Source: Chiloscyllium plagiosum
Taxonomy: Eukaryota
Reading direction: 5' to 3'
Length of the DNA: 62,553 nucleotides
Assembly (NCBI RefSeq): GCF_004010195.1
Contig: NC_057721.1
Span: forward strand, 15,043,561 to 15,106,113
Position 1 is the stretch's first letter. Each line of letters begins with the position of its first letter. Both the position numbers and the translations under genes were made by a program. The notes beneath the pieces were generated by a model. The model had not been told where the DNA came from and did not search any database. It was given only the letters and a program-made list of their open reading frames with translations. Shown in pieces: positions 38,343-51,570 of this stretch.

Positions 38343-40100
38343 TCATAGAGTCATAGAGATGTACAGCATGGAAACAGACCCAATCTAGCCCACCTGCCAG
38401 CACCCAGCCCATATCCCTCCAAACCCTTCCTATTCATATACCCATCCAAATGCCTCTTAAATGTTGCAATGTTAGCAGCCTCCACCACTTCCTCTGGCAG
38501 CTCATTCCATACACATACCACCCTCTGCATGAAAAAGTTGCCCCTTAGGTCTCTTTTATATCTTTCCTCTCTCACCCTAAACCTATGCACTCTAGTTCTG
38601 CACTCCCCGACCCCAGAGAAAAGACTTTGTCTATTTTTCCTATCCATGCCCTTCATAATTTTATAAACCTCTATAAGGTCACCCCTCAGCCTCCAACACT
38701 CCAGGGAAAACAGCCCCAGCCTGTTCAGCCTTTCCCTATAGCGAACCTGCACTCCAAGGTCTCTTTGTTCAACAACACTCCCTAGACCTGACCATTAAGT
38801 GTATAAGTCCTGCTTAGATTTGCTTTCCCAAAATGCAGCACCTCGCATTTATCTGTATTAAACTCTATCTGCCACTTCTCAGCCCATTGGCCCATTATCA
38901 AGATCCCGTTTTAATCTGAGGTAACGTTCTTACTGTCCACTACATCTCCAATTTTAGTATCATCTGCAAACTTACTAATTGTACCTCTTCTGCTCGCATC
39001 CAAATCATTGAAATAAATGATGAAAAGTAGAGGATCCTTATGGCACTCCACTGGTCACAAGTCTCCAGTCTGAAAAACTCTCCAGCATCACCCTCTGTCT
39101 TCTACCTTTGAGCCAGTTCTGTATCCAATTGGCTAGTTCTCCCTGTATTCCGTGAGATCTAACCTTGCTAATCAGTCTCCCATGGGGAACTTTGTCGAAA
39201 GCCTTACTGAAGTCCATATAGATCACATCTACTGCTCTGCCCTCATCAATCCTCTTTGTTACTTCTTCAAAAAAATCAAGTTGTGAGACATGATTTCCCA
39301 CGCCCAAAGCCATGTTGACTATCCCTGATCAGTCTTTGCCTTTCCAAATTGATCAGGTCCTGGGGATTTATCCACCTTTATGCATTTCAAGACATCCAGC
39401 ACTTCCTCTTCTGTAATATGGACATTTTTCAAGGTATCGCCATCCTTTTCCCTACATTCTATATCTTCGATATCCTTTTCCATGGTAAATACTAATGCAA
39501 TATACTCATTTAGTATCTCCCCCATTTTCTGTGGCTCCACACAAAGGCCACCTTGCTGATTTTGAGGGGACCTATTCTCTTCCTAGTTACCCTTTGAGTT
39601 CTCCTTAATTCTATTTGCCAAAACTATCTCATGTCCCCTTTTTGCCCTCCTGATTTCCCTCTTAAGTTTACTCCTACTGCCTTTGTACTCTTCTAAAGAT
39701 TCACTCGATCTATCCTGTCTATACCTGACATATGCTTCCTTTGTAAAAACCCTTTGAGTTCTCCTTAATTCTATTTGCCAAAACTATCTCATGTCCCCTT
39801 TTTGCCCTCCTGATTTCCCTCTTAAGTTTACTTCTACTGCCTTTGTACTTTAATGATTCATTCGATCTATCCTGTCTATACCTCGATCTATCCTTTCTAT
39901 ATGCTTCCTTCTCTTTCTTAACCAATTTCTTTAGTTGTCCAGCATTCCCTATACCTAGAAACTTTTCCTTTCACCCTAACATGAATAAACTTTCTCTGGA
40001 TTCTTGTTATCTAATTTCTGAAGGCTTCCCATTTTCCAGCTGTCCCTTTACCTGCGAACATCTGCGCCCAATCAGCTTTTGAAAGTTTTTGCCTAATACC
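38343..40100 (-). mobile_element. HER1/CR1 LINE, 5'-truncated, with internal deletions and a ~160 bp tandem duplication
   Basis: ORFs VDVIYMDFSKAFDKVPH...VTSGVP and RERLNRLGLFSLE...WNELPEEVVEA. Confidence 0.95.
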
Positions 40101-40142
40101 AATCAGTGCTGATATATTGCCCATAGCTCTTGTGTTTTAATT

Positions 40143-41060
40143 TAGAGTCATAGAGTCATAGAGATGTACAACTTGGAAACAGACCCTTCTGTCCAAACCG
40201 TCCATACCGACCAGATATCCCAACCCAATCTAGTCCCACCTGCCAGCACCCGATCCATATCCCTCTAAATGCTTCCTATTCATACACCCATCCAGATGCC
40301 CTTTAAATGTTGCAATTGTACTAGCCTCTACCACATCCTCTGGCAGCTCATTCCATACATGGACCATCCTCTCAGTGAAAAACTTGCCCCTTAGGTCTCT
40401 TTCATATCTTTCCCCTCTCGCCTTAAACCTATGCCCTCTAGTTCTGCACTTTCTCACCCCAGGGTATATTGTCTATTTATCCTATCTATGCCCCTCATGA
40501 TTTTATAAACCTCTGTAAGGTCACCCCTCAACCTCTGACACTCCAGGTAAAACAGCCCCAGCCTGTTCAACCTCTCCCTATAGCTCAAATCCTCCAACCC
40601 TGTCAACATCTTTGCAAATCTTTTCTGAACCCTTTCAAGTTTCACAACATCTTTCCGATAGAAAGGAGACTAAAATTACACAGAATATTCCAACTGTGGC
40701 CTAACCAATGTCCTGTACAGCCGTAACATGACGTCCCAACTCCTGTACTCGATACTCTGACCGATAAAGGAAAGCATACCAAACACCTTCTTCTCTATCC
40801 TATCTACCTGCGACTCCACTTTCAAGGAGCCATGAACTTCCACTCCGAGGTCTCTTTGTTCAGCAATAGTGGCCATGAACCTCCACTCCAAGGTCTCTTT
40901 GTTCAGCAACAGTGCATAAGTCCTGCTAAGATTTGCTCTCCCAAAATGCAGCACCTCGCATTTATCTGTATTAAACTCCATCTGCCACTTCTCAACCCAT
41001 TGGCCCATTTGATCAAGATTCCATTGTAATCTGAGGTGACCTTCTTCGCTGTCCACTACA
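40143..41060 (-). mobile_element. HER1/CR1 LINE 3' fragment
   Basis: DSEEGHLRLQWNLDQMGQW...LYRTLVRPQLEY and (agagtcat)n tail. Tandem repeat of ~43 bp at 40829-40913. Confidence 0.95.
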
Positions 41061-42739
41061 GCGCCACTAAACTTATAAGTAACCTGACCAAAAGCCTCCT
41101 AAAAAGTCAAAATATACTACATCAATTGGTTCTCCCTTATTTAATCTATGAGATTTGTTAAGCCTCATTTGCTTTCCATTAACTCATGCTGGCTTTGCCC
41201 AATCCCTTTAATGCATTCCAAATGTTCTGTTAATACATCTTGTATAATAAACTAGCATTGTACCCCCTACTGATGTTCGGCTAATTCTGTAATTCTTTCA
41301 CGTTTTTACCTAGCAGGATTACACTTGCCATCCTTCAATCCAAAAGGGCCCTGAAGGATAATCAGGGTTAAAAATCTAACATTGTCAAAGCATTTTCAGA
41401 TTTAGTTTTATTAAAAAAATTTCAAAACAAATCTCTTCTGTTATACGAACATCTGCCATCAATATATTTTTGCATGATATGGTACTTGGAGTGAAATTGA
41501 TATTTTCAATGCATATCGTGGCTTATTTGGAGATTTCTGACTTCCATTCAGCTGCTAATTGCACACACAAGTTATGGTTTGCAACAGCCTTACCTCAGAA
41601 GTTAGTGCGCTACATTCTTCCAGGCAATTGCAAAGTAAACCAATGTCATTTGAAAGTTGTTTTTAAGACAGAAAATTAGATTAACATCTTTTTTAAAAAC
41701 GTGACAGGAATGGCAATTAACATTTCACACCTCTGTTATAAAAAGTAATTTGTTAGCCAAGATAGGACCTGGTAAGTAGCTTTAACAATATGTGAATCAA
41801 AATGTTTCATTAACGGACCCAGCAGTGCATCACTATTTATTTCACAGGGTAAGAGAAGGATATTTGCAAAGAATTTAAAGTCAGCTGAACAATGACAATG
41901 GCACAAATCAAGACAGTTGATGTATGAAGGAATTGAGAGTCACTTTAGGTGTCGATGATAAAGTTAATCTTCTAAGAATAATTCAGACTGATTCAATGCA
42001 GTTTCTATTATTTCCATTATTTGTAACTGCATTTCAAATTCTGTAATCACTCAAAACAGTTCCATAAGAGGTGTGAATTCATCTCTTTTGATGTAGGGCT
42101 ACCTTCCAAAATATTTTGAAATTTGTTAATTAATGCATGAAAGAAAATAATATTCATAGCCAAGAGTACAACTATTTGGCAAGGCATGGAGCAGATTTTC
42201 TAATTTGTGCACTTAATAATAGAGAAGAAAGTCATTTTATACTAAAAATACTATTAATCTGATTCCTATCCCTCAGCTTATTTTTATCTGTCGATTGCTA
42301 CTGTCCCTTGTATTCCACGAGCTGTAAAACATCTCACACATCCACTGTGTGTTCATGTACTGGTAACAAAGACGTGTGTACACGTTAAAAGTCCATTGTA
42401 CAAATCAATGGAGTTATTTTTTTGTTACTTTTAAAGAGTGGAAAATAACACCGGCTACACGTGCTGCACAGACACAGTTATCTGCTATTGTTTGAACCCA
42501 GCTAGTTGGACGGTACAGGTAAACTCCATGTTGCATGTTCTGCCACCAACACCTTCTGGTACCGTATACATTTTTGCCTGCCTGGTCTAGTGTGGCTGAG
42601 TGTAGCCAATGTGTGATCTAACCAGACTCTTACAGTAAACACTATACAATTTCTTGCATCTCTGCAACTACTTACCTGTTTCAGGGATGAAGTAGGTTAT
42701 TCCAGAGAATTTTTGGAGTGTCTGATTTTTGGTTTGACT

Positions 42740-43700
42740 CTCAGAATTGTTATAGAGCAGGAGGAGGATATTTGGCCCATCGTGTCTACACTGGCTCAGT
42801 GAACATTTTAACTGAGTGCCATTTCTCACCTTTCTCCCATAACCTTGCATGTTTTGATATTTTAATAATTATTGAATGTCCTCTTGCATGTCTCCATTGA
42901 ATCTGCCTCCATCACACTTTCAGGCAGTGCATTCCATACCCTAACTACATGCTGTGCAAAGAGAGTTTACTCACCTTGCATTTGCTGCTTGTACAAAACA
43001 TTTTTAATCTTTGCTCTCTTGTTCTCAATCCATGTGCACATGGGAACAGTTTCTCCCTATCCATTCTGTCCAGAAGTCTCAAGTTTTTAAACTTCACATC
43101 TTCTCTTATTTTTCCTTAGAGGGAAAAACTTTCTTCAATTTATCCTCCAAGCTGAGGTTTCTCATCCCCGGAATCATCCTTCTGAACCTTTCCTCCATTC
43201 TCGCGAATACATTCACATCCTTCAAACAGTTTGGCTCTCAGAACTGTACACAATGCTCCTGCTGAGGTCTATCTAGTGTTTTATGACTTTGGAATAATGT
43301 CCCTGATCTTGTATTCAATTCTTGTATTAACGAAGTCGAGAATACTGTATACGTTATTACCAGCTTTCTCTCTACCTATTCTGCCACCTGAATAAGTTAT
43401 ATACAAATACACGCAGGTCTCTTTTGCTCCTGCACACCCTATGAAATAGTACTCTATTTTGCACACTCTCACCATATTCTTTATACAAAATGCGTCACCC
43501 ACACTAAACTTTCTGACACCAATCCACCCACCCCACTAACTTGCCAATGTCCTCTTGAAGTTCTACATTATCCTCCTCTGTTTACAATGCTCCTGAGTTT
43601 TGTATTGCCTGAAATCTTTGAAATTGTCTCCTGCATAACAAAGTTGAAATCAAATTTTTATGTAGGTTGAAAAAAAGGGTCTCAATACTGACCCTAGGTG
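42740..43700 (-). mobile_element. Old CR1 3' fragment
   Basis: CR1-type tail (ggcccatcgtgtctacactggc) and degenerate RT C-terminus. Confidence 0.65.
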
Positions 43701-46318
43701 ATCTGTCAAGGTAAGTTTAATTCTGGGAACTAAATTGTCGACTAATAATGCCAGCTGGGATCTAAACAACTGGTTATTGGACACAATGGAAGCAAGGGGT
43801 TTTGGGACACAGCGAGATAGTGTGGTTACTGTAGAAGATCAACCACAACCTTATTTCATGACAATGAGCTTTAAGGATCACATTGCCTTTGTTCCCATTT
43901 CTGAAGCTCTAATATACTTAACATACTTGTGAACTGTGGACCATTGTTCAATAAATTTCTATAGTTATGACCTGAAAAATCACAAATATTACAGTAATTC
44001 ATGAACTAGCAACATTTTAGAATTTGCTTGTTACACATCCCATTCAATTTATCTTTCCACTGATTGCAATGTTGAATGGATTCCCAGGTAGACGAGTAAA
44101 AGTAATCACCATGCATTAATTTGAAGAACACAGAAATTGAGGGAGGAAAGAACATTTCTGTGTGAATCAGTAAAATTTGGACTGAATTGTCTGACTTTGA
44201 GGACAGACCTTTAATCATTTGAAAACAAACATTGAGTCCACTCACCTTTGCAGCACCAAAAATGGCCTCAATGCCCTTTGGTAGGAGAGTAAATTGGCTA
44301 CTGTTCCTGCTCCTAACTGACGTGCAGTAAACTCTGGTGAAACTGTATGGTTGTCCTTCTATGTTAAAATAACTTGCTGCCCTTCAATATAAAAGCTCAC
44401 ACTTGGGTACCTGGATGAAGTATCAAAACAATAATGACTTGGACACCATGCCCACCAAAAATGCAACGTAAAAGCAGCATATAATCTTGTGTACAAATAT
44501 AGATCATCGGAGATGTACAGCACTGAAATAGACCCTTCAGTCCAACTTGTCCATGCCGATCAGATATCCTAACCTAATCTAGCACCATTTACCAGCTCTT
44601 GGCCCATATCCCTCCAAACCCTTCTTATTCATATATCTATTCAGATGCCTTTTAAATGTTGTAATTGTACCAGCTTCCACCACTTCATCTGGCAGCTCTT
44701 CCCATACACGCACCACCCTCTGTGTGAAAAGGTTGCCCTTTAGGTCTCTTTTATATCTTTCCCCTCTCACCCTAAACCTATGCCCTCTAGTTCTGGACTT
44801 CCCCAGGGAAAAGATCTTGTCTATTTATCCTATCCACGCCCTTCATGATTTTATAAACCTCTATCAGGTCACCCCTCAGCTTCCGATGCTCCAGGGAAAA
44901 AAGCCCCAGCCTATTCAGCCTCTCCCTATAGCTCAAATCCTCCAACCTTGGCAGCATCCTTGTAAATCTTTTCTGAACCCTTTCAAGTTTCGCAAGTTTC
45001 GTCCCTGCGATAGGAAGGAGACCAGATTTGGACGCAATATTCCAAAAGTGGCCTAACCAATGCCCTGTGCAGCCACAACATGACCTCCCAACTCCTATAT
45101 CCATTGCTCTGTCCAATAAAGGAAAGCATACAAAACACCTTCTTCACTATCCTATCTATCTACAACTCCAGTTTCAAGGAACTATGAACCTGCACTCCAA
45201 GGTCTTTGTCAGCAACGCTCCCTAGGACCTTACCATTAAGTGTACAAGTCCTGCTCTTGTGGCACCTCGCATTTATCTAAATCAAACTCTATCTGCCACT
45301 TCTCAGTTCATTGGCCCATCTGATCAAGATCCCATTGTAATCTGAAGTAACCTTCTTCACACCTCCAATTTTGTGTCATCAGCAAATTTACTAACTATAC
45401 CTCTTACGCTCACATCCAAATCATTTATATAAATGATAAAAGTAGTGAACCCAGCACCGATCCTTATGGCACTCCACTGGTCACAGGCCTCCAGTCCAAA
45501 AAGTAACCCTCCACCATCCTCTGTCTTCTACCTTTGAGCCAGTTCTGTATCCAAATGGCTAGTTCTCCCTGTATTCAATCTGATCTAACCTTGCTAATCA
45601 GTCTCCCGTGAGGAACCTTGTTGAACACCTTACTGATGTCCATTTATATCACATCTACCACTCTGCTCTCATCAATCCTCTTTGTTACTTCTTCAAAAAC
45701 TCAATCAAGTTCATGAGACATGGTTTCCCACCCATAAAGGCACGATGACTACCCCAATCAGTCCTTGCCCTTCCAAATACAAGTAAATCCTGTCCCACAG
45801 GGTTCCCTCCAACAACTTGCCCATCACTGATATCAGGCTCACTGGTTTATAGTTCCCTGGCTTTTCCCTAACACTTTTCTTAAAAAGTGGCACCACATTA
45901 GCCACCCAGTCTTCCAGCACCTCACCTGTGACGATCAATGATACAAATATCTCAGCAAAGGGCCCAGCAATCACTTCTCTAACTTTCCAGAGTTCGAGAG
46001 TACACCTGATCAGGTCCTGGGGATTTATCCACTTTTACCCATTTCAAAACATCCAGCACTTCCTCCTCTGTAATCTGGACATTTTTCAAGGTATCACCAT
46101 CTATTTCCCTACAGTCTATATCTTCCATGTCCTTTTCCATAGTAGACACTGATGCAAAATACTCGTTTAGTATCTCCCCCATCCCCTGCTGCTCCACACA
46201 AAGACAGCCTAGCTGATCTTTGAGGGGAGAAAGTGAGGTCTGCAGATGCTGGAGATCAGAGCTGAAAATGTGTTGCTGGAAAAGCGCAGCAGGTCAGGCA
46301 GCATCCAGGGAACAGGAG

Positions 46319-46354
46319 AATCGACGTTTCGGGCATAAACCCTTCTTCAGGAAT
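46319..46354 (-). ncRNA. Minimal hammerhead ribozyme motif (GUC site)
   Basis: ATTC-CTGAAGA-A-GGGT.TTAT.GCCC-GAAA-CG-TC-GATT. Confidence 0.75.
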
Positions 46355-46388
46355 CCTGAAGAAGGGCTTATGCCCGAAATGTCAATTC
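46351..46388 (+). ncRNA. Minimal hammerhead ribozyme motif (partner, CpG-decayed)
   Basis: GAATC-CTGAAGA-A-GGGC.TTAT.GCCC-GAAA-TG-TC-AATTC. Confidence 0.6.
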
Positions 46389-47733
46389 TCCTGTTCCCTG
46401 GATGCTGCCTGACCTGCTGCGCTTTTCCAGCAACACATTTTCAGCTCTGATCTTTGAGGGGCCCAATTCACTCCCTAGTTACCATTTTGTCCTTAAATGT
46501 ATTTATAAATTCCTTTTATAAGATTCGCCTTAGCCTTATTTGCCAAAGCTATCTCATGTTCCCTTTTTGCCCTCCTGATTTCTCTCTTAACTATACTCCT
46601 GCTACCTTTATACTCTAAGGACTCACTCTGTCTATCCTGTCTATATCTGACATATGCTTCCTTCTTTTTCTTTACCAAACCCTCAATTTCTCTCGTCATC
46701 CAGCATTCCCTATACCTACTACCCTTTCCTTTCACCCTAACAGCTGTGTACTATCTCTGGACTGTCATTATCTCATTTCTGAAGGCTTCCCATTTTCCAG
46801 CCGTCCCTTTACCGGCAAACATCTGCCCCCAATCAGCTTTTGAAAGTTCTTGCCCTATACCGTCAAAATTCACTTTTCTCCAATTTACATCTTCAACTTT
46901 TAGATCTGGTCTATCCTTTTCCATCATTATTTTAAAACTAATAGAATTATGGTCGCTGGCCCCATTGTGCTCCCCCAATGACACCTCAGTCACCTGCCCT
47001 GTCTTATTTCCCAAGAGCAGGTCAAGTTTTGCACCTTCTCCAGTTGGTACATTTACAGACTGAATCAAAGTTTTCTTGTACATATTTAATTTCCTGTCCA
47101 TCTAAACCCTTGACACCATGCCAGTCCAAGTCTATGTTTGGAAAGTTACCATACCATAACCACCCTATTATTCTTACAGATATCTGAAATCTTACAAATT
47201 TGTTTCTCAATTTCCTGATGACTATTAGGGGATCTATAATATTATCCCAACAAGGTGATCATCCCTTTATGTCTCAGTTCCACCAAATCATTCCCTGGAT
47301 ATATTCCCAGGAATGTCCTCTCCAATTCCATCAGTAATGCTATTCCTGATCAAAAACTGGACTGCCCCTTCTCTCTTGCCCCACCTTACACACACCCCAC
47401 ACACCCACCCCACCCCTGCATCCTTCATGTAGCATTTACATCCTGGAACATTAAGCTGTCAGTCCTGTCCATTCCTGAGCCATGTTTCTGTAATTGTTAT
47501 GATATCCCAGTCCCATGTTCTAACCATGCCCTGAGTTCATCAGGCCTTCCCTGTTAGGCCTCTTGCATTGAAGTAAATGTAGTTTAATTTATCAGTCCTA
47601 CCTTGTTCTCTCCTTTGTTCATGCTTGCCCTAACTGTTGAATTCACTTCTTTTCCCAACTGTACCAATCTCAGATTAATCTCTTTCCTCACTACCTCTCT
47701 GGTTCCCATGCCTAAACCCACCCCCCCACTAGT

Positions 47734-48560
47734 TTAAATCCTCCCGAGCAACTCTAGAAAATCTCTCTGCCAGTTTACTAGTCTCCTTCCAATTCTATTG
47801 CAACCTGCCCTTCTTGTCCACATCACCGCTACCCCAGAAGAGATTCCAATGATCCAAAAAAATGTTAATCTTTCTCCCCTGCACCAGCTCCTCAGCCATG
47901 CGTTCATCTGTTCTATCCTCCTATTCCTACCCTCACTAGCTTGTAGCAGCGGGAGTGATCCAGATATTACTACCCTCAAGGACTTCCTTTTCAAAATTCC
48001 TTTCTATATTGTCCCTTCAGAATCTCATCCTTTTCCCTTCCTATGTCATTAGTTCCAATGTGTTTCTTCTGGTCCCTCTCCCCTTTGAGAACATTCTGCA
48101 CCCTCTGAGATATCCTTGATCCCGGCTCCAAAGAGGCAACACACCATTCTGATTTTCCACTGCTGACCACAGAAATACCTCTGACTAGAGAGAGAGTCCC
48201 CTATCATAAAGCAATTGCTTGGAACCTGATGTACCCCTCATTACATTAGAGCTTGTCTCAATACCAGAAACTTGGCTGTTCATGCTACCTTTCCCCAACA
48301 CTTTACAAAACAGCAAACTTGTTTGAAATGGAGATAGCCACAGGAGACTCCTGCACTACCTGCCTACCTTTCCTGGAGTCAACCCATTTACCTGACTACA
48401 ATTGCCATCCATCACACCCCCTAGCTCTTGTAAATTCCTTATTGCCTCTAACTGCCACTCCAATCAATCCATACAATATGATAGGGTTCACAACCAAAGA
48501 CACTTGCTGTAGACAGTAACATGGAAATTCTCCCTGAATTCCGAAGAGCATATCACTGTA
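47734..48560 (-). pseudogene. HER1 ORF1 (SGNH/GDSL esterase-like), frameshifted
   Basis: RVVISGSLP...RNRRIEQMNAWLRSWCRGE is typical of the CR1 ORF1 esterase. The 5' limit is approximate. Confidence 0.8.
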
Positions 48561-50091
48561 CTGAAAGCCATCTTTGCTCCTTCACAATCTACAGACCCAG
48601 AAAATAGCATCCACTTTTTACTCCAAAAAAAGTGCTCCAGACTAACCTAGTACTTATGGTTTATATTTTTAAAATGTAATCAAGAGACAGATCTAAATAA
48701 TATATAATCAAGAAAAAGCCCGCTTTATTCACTACTGTAGACTTACAGCAAGGTTACACTTAAAAACTATGCACGTATCTGTTCCTGTGCTGTGTTGTCA
48801 CCCACACTGGTCCCTCCAAGGCCAGCTGTGAATTTTGCAATTTGTTAAATTTTTCCTCGACGCACTCTGATGTCCAGAGATACATGAACTCAAACAGCAA
48901 GTGCAGTAGCTGTGCAGATTCACTGCTGTGTCAGACAGCAGTGTAGGTTTCTTTCTCTTTCTCTCTCTCCCTCACTGACCATGTGGTCACTGCCTCTTGT
49001 CTGTCTTCTTCCCTTTAAAAAGTGTCATTGTTTTGATCTTTCTCCCCCCCAAAGTTCCAAAACAATACAACAGCATATAAAAATTAATTGCTGCTCCTCG
49101 AATTTAAGGAAATCACCTCCAACACCTAAAATACCTTAAAAAAGAAAAAAAAAGAGCAACTTGTACAGCCACTAGTTTTTTTATTGTGTACAAATCTGCT
49201 TATTGATGACAATGCTATAACTTAGCATTCAGGAGTTGCATTAAGCGCTTTAAAGTAAGAGGTAATATGACCAGCTATTCCTTTGTTCAATTAAGAGTAG
49301 AGAGGAATGTCTAGTTCACATTGTTCCAACTTCAAACTCTTTATTCCTCTGCATCCAACTTTCATACTAGATTAGTGTCAAACATGAAACAGCTTGTATT
49401 GTTATGGGTAAAGATGTTGACTGACAGATTAGAAAGCACTGCATGATATTTAAGCTTATGTAATAATACACAGCATGAGGTGGTATCCCTACTGTAATTA
49501 CATACAAACCATGCTGCTGAATGTCTAAGATTTCAAGTGCGGTGTTTACTAATTTTCTTCACGAATGTTGTGTTCAGTGTTGTACAAATTTACTTTTTTC
49601 AAATCAAACAAGCACAGCTGTACATAAAACAATATCCAAAACATTTACATTTAATATTGTATTAAACACTGAATGCAAGGCAAATATGCTGAAGAGCATT
49701 CGATTCACAAAATGTATAGTCCTCATTTCTCACTATTTATAAAAGTATTCTAATTTATCTATTTTAGATTACTTCACATTTTCCCATAATGAACTCCATT
49801 TACCATGGTTTGCCCACTCATTTAATCTAATGACATCTCTTTGCAATGTTTTATTCCCATTTGCACTATTTACTGTGTCACTTAATTTAGTGCCATTTGT
49901 AAACTTGGATATCTGTCCTAACAGTGCTCTCCTCTCCTGTGGATCACTGAGGTTTCAGTGTGGCTGGTTCTCTGATTGGACCAAAACAATATAGAGTCCA
50001 CCAGCCATCTTAACCGGGCCACACAACTGTGGTAAAATGGCTGAGGCAGCACTGCCACCTTGCTGCTGACAAGAACAAGATCAACATTTGT

Positions 50092-50413
50092 GGGCGGCAC
50101 GGTGGCACAGTGGTTAGCACTGCTGCCTCACAGCGCCAGATACCCGGGTTCAATTCCCGACTCAGGCGACTGACTGTGTGGAGTTTGCACATTTTCCCAG
50201 TGTCTGCGTGGGTTTCCTCCGGGTGCTCCGGTTTCCTCTCACAGTCACAAAAATGTGCAGGTTAGGTGAATTGGCCGTGCTAAATTGCCCGTAGTGTTAG
50301 GTTAAAAGGGGTAAATGTAGGGGTATGGGTGGGTTGCGCTTCGGCGGGTCGGTGTGGACTTGTTGGGCCGAAGGGCTTGTTTCCACACTGTAAGTAATCT
50401 AATCTAATCTAAT
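50092..50413 (+). mobile_element. Full-length young HE1 SINE
   Basis: A box tggcacagtgg, B box ggttcaattccc, V-domain, HER1-like tail, (taatc)n. Confidence 0.95.
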
Positions 50414-50904
50414 TTGCTTTTCAACCAGAAATTGTGCTCCTGAGCCTTTTATGCATACTCTGAGTCTTCTACTCGATAATTTCCAACCCTACTCCAATGG
50501 CTACCTTCAACTCCATCTGCTCTCATATTTGCAAACATCTGGTGTTGATCCTCACAAATGCTTACTGGAAGTCCATTCTTGTAACATCAGTTCACATGAG
50601 AGCCATTCCATTCCATGAGTGCTATGCCTGAAATTCGATCATTGGCTTATTGTCTGGTGATACTTTATCCGGTGTCATTGCTTTTGGAAGTCTTTTTTGC
50701 CATTGGTGGTTTGCCATTGCCTTCCACTCTTAGGGACAGGTCACTGTGGCAGGTCCCAAGACTATCTCAGCCAGAACGGGAATCAAACGCATGCTGATAG
50801 CATTACCATGATCTACATGCTGGCTATGATGTTAGTAATGTTAGTAACCTTCTTCAAAGATTTAGCTCAATTAGTTAGGCATAACATTATAAAGCTATTT
50901 GGCC

Positions 50905-51130
50905 CTCTTATCAAGTTATTTTTTACATAGAGGGTGATTCGCATGTGAAATGAACTTTCTGAGGAAGTGGTGGGTGTGGGTACAATTACAACATTTAAAA
51001 GACATTTGAAAAATTACATGAATAGGTCAGGGTTGGAGGGATGTGGAGCAGGCAGGTGGGACTAGCTTGGTTTGGGATTCTGGTTGGCATGGACTGGTTG
51101 GTTCAAGGAATCTGTTTCTGTGCTGTATTC
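50905..51130 (+). mobile_element. HER1/CR1 3' fragment
   Basis: tttacatagagggtgattcgcatgtgaaatgaac...gcaggcaggtgggactag. Confidence 0.8.
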
Positions 51131-51248
51131 ATTTAATAGTTTTGTCACAACTGGCTAGGCCAGGTGTGTCAATGATAACTTGGGACAGCTTTTATTTTCC
51201 ATGTATATTTCTCTTCTAAGATACTCTAAAACATAACCAAAAAAAATG

Positions 51249-51570
51249 CATAGCATCCCTACAGTGTGGAAACTGGCCATTTGGCCCAACAAGTCCACAC
51301 CAAAGAGTATCCCACCCAGGCCCATTCCCCTACGCTATTACACTACATTTCCCCTGACTAATACACCACGCTTAGACATCCCTGAACACTATGGGAAACT
51401 TAACATGGCCAATTCAGCTAATATGAACATCTTTTGACTGTGGGAGGAAACTGGAACACCCAGAGGAAACCCACGCAGACACGGGGAGAATGTGCAAACT
51501 CCACACAGGCAGTCGCCAGAAGCTGGGATCGAACCTGGGTCTCTGGCGCTGTGTGGCACTGTACCATCCA
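51249..51570 (-). mobile_element. HE1 SINE
   Basis: Reverse V-domain and tRNA head. Confidence 0.9.

Larger units (their letters stand above)
37322..41345 (-). mobile_element. Old CR1 LINE split by two younger HER1 insertions
   Basis: taggaggagtaggccattcagcc tail. RT remnants continue at 40101-40142 and 41062-41345. Confidence 0.7.
46228..46446. mobile_element. Young palindromic PLE mini-element inserted in HER1 ORF2
   Basis: ~100 bp near-perfect inverted arms around gaatc (46351-46355). 15-bp TSD ctgatctttgagggg at 46213-46227 and 46447-46461. Confidence 0.95.
44579..47590 (-). pseudogene. HER1 ORF2 (APE endonuclease + reverse transcriptase), frameshifted
   Basis: YFNARGL, LDLLLGN...SDHNSISF, ANVVPLFKK...PGNYKPVSL, LERVQKRFTRMLP. 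Confidence 0.92.
44499..49183 (-). mobile_element. Full-length HER1/CR1 LINE (decayed)
   Basis: 12-bp TSD ttgtgtacaaat at 44487-44498 and 49184-49195. Contains 5'UTR, ORF1 esterase, APE, RT and 3' tail. Confidence 0.95.

Noticed and set aside
46220-46450. ORF MCCWKSAAGQAASREQENRRFGHKPFFRNPEEG (also 57115-57632)
   Set aside because: Spurious translation of palindromic pLTR DNA; not a gene.
50092-50165. tRNA-like sequences with A/B boxes
   Set aside because: They are SINE heads that continue into V-domain or Deu-domain bodies, not tRNA genes.
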